Below the pieces are notes generated by a model. That model did not search any database. It saw nothing but the letters and a program-made list of their open reading frames with translations, and was not told the DNA's origin. Shown here piece after piece: positions 28,699 through 34,957 of a DNA stretch of 34,957 nt (position 1 is its first letter; each line of letters starts with the position of its first letter). This stretch comes from an uncultured Neptunicoccus sp. (GTDB taxonomy: Bacteria > Pseudomonadota > Alphaproteobacteria > Rhodobacterales > Rhodobacteraceae): contig CAZRFT010000229.1 in NCBI GenBank assembly GCA_964599255.1, positions 1 through 34,957 on the forward strand, read 5' to 3'. The translations under genes were made by a program, and so were the position numbers.

Positions 28699-30255
28699 TC
28701 ATATCGCGTCGCGAATTTCTTTGGCTTGAGCATAGGTTAATTCTGAACGCTCGCGCAATGCATTGTCTTTATCTGGAAAATCAGATCGGTAATGCCCGCC
28801 GCGACTTTCTTCACGGCTAAAGGCCGCCGCCGCAATAATTGTTGCTGCAGCGATCATATTGTCGAAGTTGGTGGAAACGCCCGCATGTGCCTCATCCATC
28901 TTGCGCAACGTCACCAAAGCCTTGGCCATATCCGGTCCATTCCTGACCACGCCAACTTGCTGCGACATGATTTGGCGCAACTCCATGACGGCGCCACGTT
29001 CAACGGCTTGGTGCCCGATTTCAGGGGCTTTCAAGGATTTATCAAAACCGGCGACTTCGCCATTTTCCATTTTCTCAATCATGCCGCCCGCACAAGTTGC
29101 GGCGTAAACCAATGCCTCTAACAGCCCGTTGGAGGCCAAGCGGTTTGCACCGTGAAGGCCGGTAGAGCTGACCTCGCCTGCGACCCACAATCCATCAATC
29201 GAGCTGTGACCTTGGATATCGGTTGCCACGCCGCCCATGTGATAATGCGCCGCTGGCACCACAGGGATCGGTTCGGCCACGGGGTTTATCCCGCCTTCCA
29301 AACAAGCGTTTGCTACGGTCGGGAACTCTTCCAATATATGCGCGCCAATTGCTTCGCGCGTGTCCAGCATAGGGCGCATACCTTTTTGGTGCTGATCAAA
29401 AATAGCCCGCGCCACAATATCGCGCGGTGCAAGTTCAAGATCCTTATGCACATCGTTCATAAAACGATGCCCATCGCGATTTATCAAAATTGCTCCTTCG
29501 CCCCGTAGCGCTTCGGTTGCCAATGGTGCGGGGTCAAGATTCACATCAATGGCAGTGGGGTGAAACTGTACAAATTCGGCGTCTGCAATTTTTGCCCCTG
29601 CTTGCGCGGCCATGCCCAAACCCAACCCACGGATTGATGGCGGATTTGTCGTTTTTGCAAAAAGCGACCCTGCGCCCCCTGCGGCAAGCAGATAGGTTTT
29701 GGCCTGTATGACGAAGGGCGCGCCAGAGTTTTGGGTGACAACCACGCCTTTCATGGCATTGGCATCGGTTAGAAATTGCAAAGCAATTGCACCTTCCATC
29801 ACTGTGATAGATGGTGTCTTTCGCACTTCGTCCACAAGCGTGGCCATAATCGCGGCTCCGGCTTGATCGCCTTTGACCCGAACCACGCGCGCAAAACTAT
29901 GCGCGGCTTCTTTGGACATGACAAACTGTCCATCATCTGTTCGATCAAATGGCGTACCATGTTCAGCGAGTTCCAGAACATGCTCTTTCGCCGCCGCCGT
30001 AACAAAGCTTGCGATATCTTTGTCGACAATCCCGTCGCCGGCATCGACTGTATCTTGTGCATGGCTTTGCGCGCTATCGGGCTGATCCATAGCCGCCGCC
30101 ACGCCCCCTTGCGCCCAAGCTGATGACGCACCGGTGCCAAGGGGCATGGGTGATAACACGGTGACGGGTCGTGGCGAAAGTGTCAGGGCTGCATAAAGCC
30201 CCGCAAGCCCGGCCCCAATGATCAGGGTTTCATGTTGATGCTCTGATGGGTTCAA
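28699..30255 (-). CDS. nadB: L-aspartate oxidase
   Basis: [57 protein letters not shown]; TTG start overlaps the nadA stop. Confidence 0.96.
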   Translation of the reverse strand: MNPSEHQHETLIIGAGLAGLYAALTLSPRPVTVLSPMPLGTGASSAWAQGGVAAAMDQPDSAQSHAQDTVDAGDGIVDKDIASFVTAAAKEHVLELAEHGTPFDRTDDGQFVMSKEAAHSFARVVRVKGDQAGAAIMATLVDEVRKTPSITVMEGAIALQFLTDANAMKGVVVTQNSGAPFVIQAKTYLLAAGGAGSLFAKTTNPPSIRGLGLGMAAQAGAKIADAEFVQFHPTAIDVNLDPAPLATEALRGEGAILINRDGHRFMNDVHKDLELAPRDIVARAIFDQHQKGMRPMLDTREAIGAHILEEFPTVANACLEGGINPVAEPIPVVPAAHYHMGGVATDIQGHSSIDGLWVAGEVSSTGLHGANRLASNGLLEALVYAATCAGGMIEKMENGEVAGFDKSLKAPEIGHQAVERGAVMELRQIMSQQVGVVRNGPDMAKALVTLRKMDEAHAGVSTNFDNMIAAATIIAAAAFSREESRGGHYRSDFPDKDNALRERSELTYAQAKEIRDAI

Positions 30256-31292
30256 GAGAAATCGATCATCTTTTGAACGGCAATGCGCGCCTTTTCTGAA
30301 AGCTCAGGATCAACCGTGACTTCTTCTTGTCCAGTGTGCAAAGACCAAAGGATTTTTTGCAGTGTGATTTTCTGCATGTGTGGGCACAAGTTGCATGGCC
30401 CAAGGAAATTCACCTCTGGCACTTCATCCGCGATATTCGAACCCATCGAACATTCGGTGATCAGCAAAACTTTTTGTGGTTTGTTCTTGCGGACATAGTC
30501 AATCATGCCGCTGGTTGAACCAGTAAAATCGGCCTCTGCAACCACATCTGTTGGGCATTCGGGGTGTGCAATGATCGTCGCATCGGGTTCGTATTTGCGA
30601 TATTCGCGCAGTTCGTCTGCCTTGAATTCAATATGAACCATGCAGGAACCTTCCCAATAGACGATCTGCTTTTTGGATTGGTTCGCAACATTCTGGGCCA
30701 AGTGACCATCCGGAGTCATGATCACCAGATCACTTTCCATGCTATCCACAATTTTCACAGCATTAGCGGATGTACAGCAAATATCTGATGCGGCCTTAAC
30801 TTCGGCTGTCGTGTTCACATAAGAGACCACTGGCGCGCCTGGATATTCCGCGCGCATCTTCTCAATGTCTTTGGCCGTGATGCTTTCCGCCAGTGAACAG
30901 CCCGCTTTGCTATCAGGGATGATGACGGTTTTTTCTGGGTTCAAGATTTTTGATGTCTCGGCCATGAAATGCACACCACATTGAATGATCGTGCTTTGCT
31001 TGACTTTGGTTGCCTCAATCGCAAGCGCTAGGCTGTCGCCAACAATGTCTGAAACGCCGTGGAAAATATCAGGCGTCATATAGTTATGCGCAAGGATCAC
31101 AGCATCCTTTTCTTTTTTCAAATCATTGATTGCTTTGACATAGGGCGCACGCGCCAGCCAGTCAGCCTCTGGGATCACACGATCCGCGCGTCTGTAAAGA
31201 TGCTCCGTTTCCTTGAAAATCGCCTGTGACGGCTCAAGATCAAACGCGGCCTCGAGTTGAGATTTCATTTCTGATGGAGGTGGCAAGATCAT
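30252..31292 (-). CDS. nadA: Quinolinate synthase A
   Basis: [48 protein letters not shown]. Confidence 0.97.
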   Translation of the reverse strand: MILPPPSEMKSQLEAAFDLEPSQAIFKETEHLYRRADRVIPEADWLARAPYVKAINDLKKEKDAVILAHNYMTPDIFHGVSDIVGDSLALAIEATKVKQSTIIQCGVHFMAETSKILNPEKTVIIPDSKAGCSLAESITAKDIEKMRAEYPGAPVVSYVNTTAEVKAASDICCTSANAVKIVDSMESDLVIMTPDGHLAQNVANQSKKQIVYWEGSCMVHIEFKADELREYRKYEPDATIIAHPECPTDVVAEADFTGSTSGMIDYVRKNKPQKVLLITECSMGSNIADEVPEVNFLGPCNLCPHMQKITLQKILWSLHTGQEEVTVDPELSEKARIAVQKMIDFS

Positions 31293-31517
31293 GGGCGCCC
31301 TCGTTGATTTGTTCGCTCAATATGTAGGCATGAAGCGGATGAAAATAAAGAGCCGTTATGCGTCTAGGGATTATTGCAAAGTATCAACAAATGCATGGCA
31401 GCTTGGAATAGCAAACTTTTATGCGGCACTGTTAAGAAGGCAGAGAATCCGATTAATTTGATGCATTATTGAACGCTATGGCGTCTTTGATAGACTTGGA
31501 GAAAGAATAGGAATTCT

Positions 31518-32744
31518 GTGCAGAGCAAACGATTGAAAATACTTTTTATCCATCAGAACTATCCAGCGCAATTTGGTCATTTTGCAGAATACCTGTCACG
31601 CAACGGTTGGGAAGTTCACTTTGCGAACGCCAATCAAAAGGCAGTCAAACCAGCAGGCTCGAATGTTCAAATTCATCACTTTAGAGCAAGACGTGAAGTC
31701 GGTGAAAAGACGCACCACTATTTGAAATCTAGCGAAGCTGCTGTGTTGAATGCCCAAGCGCTTGTTCGTTTGGGCATGACTTTAAAGAAGAAGGGGTTCG
31801 AGCCGGATATCGTCATGTTCCATTCAGGCTGGGGTTCGGGAAGTTTGGCACAGGCGGTTTGGCCAAAGGCGAAATTTATTCAATATTTGGAATGGTGGTA
31901 TAATTTTCCCCCTTGGGATCTTAGCGCACCGATTGATGAAAGCGATAAGTTGGAAAAACATTCAAAGACAATTTTTAAAAATGTACCCAGCTTACTGGAT
32001 TGGTCCTTGGCTGATTTGACGATTGTCCCAACCGAGTTTCAGGCAAGTGCGCTGCCAAAAAAACTTCAGCATGGTGTGGAGGTTTTAGCGGATGGGGTTG
32101 ATACGAAATTTTTTGCAAAAGACCGATGCGAGGTTGATTTACGAAAAAGACTGAACATACCGAGCGACGCCAAACTTGTCACCTTTGCAAGCCGCGGGAT
32201 GGAGCCGCAACGCGGTTTTCCCCAATTCATGCGCCTTTGGGAACAGCTTTCTTCCACTGATAAAAATGTTCATTGTATCATCGCGGCAGAGGACAATATC
32301 CACTACGGGGCAAAATTGCCCGACGGAGACAGCTATAAAAAACGCATGTTAGACGAGTTGGAACTAGACCTCTCACGAACGCATTTTGTTGGACACCTGG
32401 CCAGCGAGGAATATCGCGATCTCTTGTGCCTCTCAGATTGCCATGTCTACTACACCCTTCCTTTTGTGCTTTCTTGGTCGCTGTTGGACGCAATGTCCTG
32501 CGGCGCTCCAATTCTAAGCGCTGAAAACACGGCCGTGCAGGAATTTATCACCGACAAAAAATCAGGCTTGTTGGGGGATATGAATGATACGGGGCAAATG
32601 GTGAAATTGGCACGGCAAATTTTAGATGACAAAAATTTAGCGCAAGCGTTGGGCGCCACGGCGCGTCAGGAAGTTGAAAAAAATTACGCTCGTAATAAGA
32701 TATTTCCCATGAAGGAAAAGCGCTTTCGATCGTTAATTAAATAG
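31518..32744 (+). CDS. GT4 glycosyltransferase (Glyco_trans_4_3-type N-terminus)
   Basis: ILFIHQNYPAQF, HSGWG, RGMEPQRGFPQFM, YYTLPFVLSWSLLDAMSCG; GTG start after AGGA. Confidence 0.88.
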   Translation: MQSKRLKILFIHQNYPAQFGHFAEYLSRNGWEVHFANANQKAVKPAGSNVQIHHFRARREVGEKTHHYLKSSEAAVLNAQALVRLGMTLKKKGFEPDIVMFHSGWGSGSLAQAVWPKAKFIQYLEWWYNFPPWDLSAPIDESDKLEKHSKTIFKNVPSLLDWSLADLTIVPTEFQASALPKKLQHGVEVLADGVDTKFFAKDRCEVDLRKRLNIPSDAKLVTFASRGMEPQRGFPQFMRLWEQLSSTDKNVHCIIAAEDNIHYGAKLPDGDSYKKRMLDELELDLSRTHFVGHLASEEYRDLLCLSDCHVYYTLPFVLSWSLLDAMSCGAPILSAENTAVQEFITDKKSGLLGDMNDTGQMVKLARQILDDKNLAQALGATARQEVEKNYARNKIFPMKEKRFRSLIK

Positions 32745-32753
32745 ATTGGCTTT

Positions 32754-33725
32754 TTATTGAGCTGCCAGACGTTTGCGCCGTTCAATCATTTTTGCATTCC
32801 CATCATCAGTCCCATCGTGAAAGGTTTCAAAAACCTCATCCCAGGGCATGTCGAGCGAGCCATAGTTACAGTCAAAGAAACGATGGTGAAGCGCGTGGTG
32901 GAAATCGCCGACAAAATATTTCACGCGCTTTGTCACGAATAGATTTTCAAAACCAGAATGGCTCAAAGGCGCCCCGATCCCGTGATGCATCAGTAAGAAA
33001 ATTCCGTGGATCGGATGGCTGGGTACAAGGAGCAAAATGATCAGGTCTGACATCAAGACAAACTGTTCGACGGGATGCATCGACAATCCAGACCACGGGC
33101 CGACATTGATGTTCTTGTGATGCCAAGAATGAAAATGACGATAAAGCGGTCGCAGATGAAACATCCGATGTTGCCAGTAAAAATGAAAACCCGCCCAAAG
33201 CGGAAGAAGGATAATGAATGCGACGAACCAAATTGGCGATTGTTCAAATGTGATGAACTTCAAATATCCATTGGCGTAGCCCCAAAGGATTGCACTTTCC
33301 CAAAAGGTCCAAATCAGAACGCCCGAGCCTAGGGACCAAAACATATTGTCGTAAACTTGGTTCTTGAAATGAAACTTTTTGGAGCCCTCGGCCATGGGGC
33401 GGGCGTCATATTTTTCTTCATCCCCTTGCACGGCCCAGCGGTGCAACAACAGGTGAAAGCTGCCCGCAAAAACCAAAATAATCGCCATGTTTCGGATCCA
33501 AATCTGAAACACCCAATCAAAGGAGAGGGTTTTGACCCGCTCGAATTCGGGAGTGGCGAAGTTCCAGATGAGGATCGCCATAGCGAGGAAAAGGAAGCGG
33601 GTGGCAAGGGGGGACCAGCTTCGGATGAGGTATTTCAAAATGATCACAGGGCGGATGGGCCAATCCCAATAGGGGGCTGATTTTATTGGGAGTTCAGGGG
33701 TGAAATTCCAAATTTTTCGAGCCAT
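32754..33725 (-). CDS. Sterol desaturase / fatty acid hydroxylase family membrane di-iron enzyme
   Basis: His boxes HRMFH, HSWHH, HALHH plus SHSG and NYG; TM segments; start ATG 33725 after SD AAGGAGG. Confidence 0.9.
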   Translation of the reverse strand: MARKIWNFTPELPIKSAPYWDWPIRPVIILKYLIRSWSPLATRFLFLAMAILIWNFATPEFERVKTLSFDWVFQIWIRNMAIILVFAGSFHLLLHRWAVQGDEEKYDARPMAEGSKKFHFKNQVYDNMFWSLGSGVLIWTFWESAILWGYANGYLKFITFEQSPIWFVAFIILLPLWAGFHFYWQHRMFHLRPLYRHFHSWHHKNINVGPWSGLSMHPVEQFVLMSDLIILLLVPSHPIHGIFLLMHHGIGAPLSHSGFENLFVTKRVKYFVGDFHHALHHRFFDCNYGSLDMPWDEVFETFHDGTDDGNAKMIERRKRLAAQ

Positions 33726-33817
33726 GATCCGCGCCTCCTTCGGGCTAGGAAACCGCGAAAACACCAAGGGTTCAAAACATCACACGACGCAAAAATGTCG
33801 TTTTCGCCCCAAAATGC

Positions 33818-33848
33818 AAAAAAGAGCCCGCGGGGAACGGGCCCTTTT
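33818..33848 (-). terminator. Intrinsic terminator downstream of ibpA
   Basis: Minus strand AAAA-GGGCCCG-TTCCCCG-CGGGCTC-TTTTTT. Confidence 0.85.
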
Positions 33849-33998
33849 CCTGAACGTCTCATCGCAGCAAGAGGGGATGAGGGGCGATGAGTTGTTCGAA
33901 GGGTCTGAAGGCCGGCTGCGCCTCAATGACACGCAACCAGCCGATCAGACTTTCGCTTGGGCGTTTTCGTCAGGGGAGGGACCGAGACGCCCGCGCGA
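33818..33998 (-). ncRNA. Candidate structured 3'UTR RNA / sRNA with C-rich loops (cuckoo/alpha-r14-like architecture)
   Basis: Four consecutive hairpins after the ibpA stop; loops CCUCCCCU, CCCUCAUCCCCUCUUGCU and UUCCCCG; ends in a U-tract terminator. Confidence 0.55.
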
Positions 33999-34015
33999 TG
34001 TGGCTATCAAAGCAC

Positions 34016-34486
34016 TTAGGCTGTGACAGCTTTCTTGGATTTCTTGCCTTCGATGGCTTTTGCCCCGCCGATTTCAATTTGGCGCGGTTTCAACGCTTCT
34101 GGTACTTCACGAACCAAATCGATGTGAAGCAAACCATCCGCCACTTCAGCGCCTGTTACGTGAACATGGTCGGCAAGCTGGAAGCGTTTTTCAAAAGCAC
34201 GGGTCGCGATGCCGCGATGCAAAAATGTTGGTGCTTCACCTTCGGTTTCTGCTTTTTTGGCAGAAATGGTCAGCTGCGCATCGCGCATTTCAACATTCAG
34301 CTCATCTTGTGAAAATCCGGCCACTGCGATGGTAATACGGTAGCTGTGATCGTCAGATTTTTCGATATTATAGGGTGGGTATGTATTAGCACCTACATCT
34401 GCTGTTAGTGCCCGATCCAGCATATTTGCCAGACGGTCGAAACCTACAGTTGAACGGTAAAGGGGTGCAAAATCATAGTTACGCAT
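34016..34486 (-). CDS. ibpA: Small heat shock protein Hsp20/IbpA
   Basis: MRNYDFAPLYRSTVGFDRL, YPPYNIEK, IAVAGF, LHRGIATRAFEKRFQLAD, GLLHIDL..VPE..KPR; start ATG 34486 after AAGGAGGA. Confidence 0.96.
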   Translation of the reverse strand: MRNYDFAPLYRSTVGFDRLANMLDRALTADVGANTYPPYNIEKSDDHSYRITIAVAGFSQDELNVEMRDAQLTISAKKAETEGEAPTFLHRGIATRAFEKRFQLADHVHVTGAEVADGLLHIDLVREVPEALKPRQIEIGGAKAIEGKKSKKAVTA

Positions 34487-34586
34487 GTCGCATATCCTCC
34501 TTGAGAAGCGATACTCATGTTGCGGTCTTCCTTGATGGACAGACCTTGGTTTAAAATTCCCGAACCCCTGTCGCGGGCATTCGAGA
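34487..34586 (-). promoter_or_regulatory. ROSE-like RNA thermometer in ibpA 5'UTR
   Basis: 3' hairpin GUAUC-G-CUUC-UCAA-GGAG-GAUAU: UCGCU motif with bulged G pairs with the SD. Two upstream hairpins (UCGAAU.GCCC..GGG.GUUCGG and GGUCU.UCC..GGA.AGACC). Confidence 0.85.
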
Positions 34587-34594
34587 TGAGATTT

Positions 34595-34622
34595 ATATGT
34601 GCGCCCAAATTTCCTTTTCAAG
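34595..34622 (-). promoter_or_regulatory. Sigma32 (RpoH) promoter of ibpA
   Basis: Minus strand CTTGAA-N14-GCACATAT vs consensus CTTGAA-N13-17-CCCCATNT. Confidence 0.75.
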
Positions 34623-34823
34623 TCTTTGAAATCACAAAATCGCGATTTTAAAATTGCACCTTCTAATAAGAGTCGTTTGCTGAGTGGCCGTGAGTATATC
34701 GGAGCCTGGTTAATCGATTATGGGTCGGGCGCGCGGGCCTTGTTTTATTGGCGATTAGCCCTGCACTGTGGTGCGAACGCTTGATTAATCGGTGCTGGTT
34801 TTTGGCCAATTCCCGGAAAAATC

Positions 34824-34871
34824 CGTGGGGGTGCCCACGGGGGTGGATACGGGGGTGCGCGCGGGGGTGTG
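34824..34871. repeat. Tandem repeat, 4 x 12 bp, invariant GGGGGTG core
   Basis: CGTGGGGGTGCC / CACGGGGGTGGA / TACGGGGGTGCG / CGCGGGGGTGTG; G5 runs start at 34827, 34839, 34851, 34863. Confidence 0.9.
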
Positions 34872-34876
34872 GATAA
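34868..34876 (-). promoter_or_regulatory. Consensus DnaA-box 9-mer
   Basis: TGTGGATAA = reverse complement of TTATCCACA, intergenic, fused to the last repeat unit; function unproven. Confidence 0.35.
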
Positions 34877-34889
34877 AATGGGGTGAAAG

Positions 34890-34957
34890 TTAACAACTAC
34901 CCCTTGATCGTCAAAATCTCGTCCAAAGGCTTTTTCATCTTTGCCACTGCAGGGATT
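34890..34957 (-). CDS. Probable 3' end of a gene entering from beyond the window (product unknown)
   Basis: Open minus frame ...IPAVAKMKKPLDEILTIKGSC-stop; too short to verify, and another frame is also open. Confidence 0.3.

Noticed and set aside
31293-31517. NadQ operator or NAD riboswitch upstream of nadA
   Set aside because: Only a partial half-site (TTGAGCG on minus, near 31314-31320) against the recalled ATRCTCA-N3-TGAGYAT palindrome; no convincing riboswitch fold
33700-34312. Plus-strand ORFs 33700-34026 and 33887-34312
   Set aside because: They overlap ibpA or the desaturase antisense and cross terminator and hairpin sequence; better explained as structured non-coding RNA
34824-34871. 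Repeat as a CRISPR array or as oriC
   Set aside because: Units are 12 bp with no spacers and no cas genes; one DnaA box without a box cluster or unwinding element is not enough to call an origin
34663-34896. 77-aa His/Pro-repeat ORF (HPHPRAHPRIHPRGHPH) as a metal-binding peptide
   Set aside because: Just the translation of the 12-bp repeat; TTG start without SD that overlaps a probable upstream stop
1-34957. Mobile elements, prophage, defence systems, tRNA/rRNA
   Set aside because: No transposase, integrase, phage or defence motifs and no tRNA or rRNA signatures seen; AddAB is the housekeeping repair complex in its usual context

Overview
Compact chromosomal region of an alphaproteobacterium. 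Gene content and order point to Rhodobacterales (roseobacter-like); this is inferred, not proven. Left end (70-8727): LPS/LOS glycan cluster with manC, an LpcC-type mannosyltransferase, a GT25, two divergent GT10 fucosyltransferase-like genes, gmd, and a ColC-like plus His-type ColD pair, which together indicate GDP-L-colitose synthesis rather than only GDP-fucose. Middle: core genes marR-nit-grxC-comF, hemH, an enolase-superfamily enzyme, regA-senC/regB, truncated divL-tsaE-amgK-murU-addB-addA-trxA, and nadA-nadB-nadC-glpK. Right end: a GT4, a sterol-desaturase-family gene, and ibpA with a sigma32-type promoter, a ROSE thermometer and a four-hairpin 3' region with C-rich (anti-SD-like) loops, then a 12-bp-period G5 tandem repeat fused to a DnaA-box 9-mer. 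Most notable: (1) colitose pathway paired with GT10/GT25 (possible colitosylated Lewis-like LOS); (2) candidate heat-shock 3'UTR sRNA; (3) RegB lacking its redox cysteine; (4) the G5 repeat. No rRNA, tRNA, CRISPR array, transposase or prophage gene was seen. All calls come from reading motifs by eye; no searches were run.
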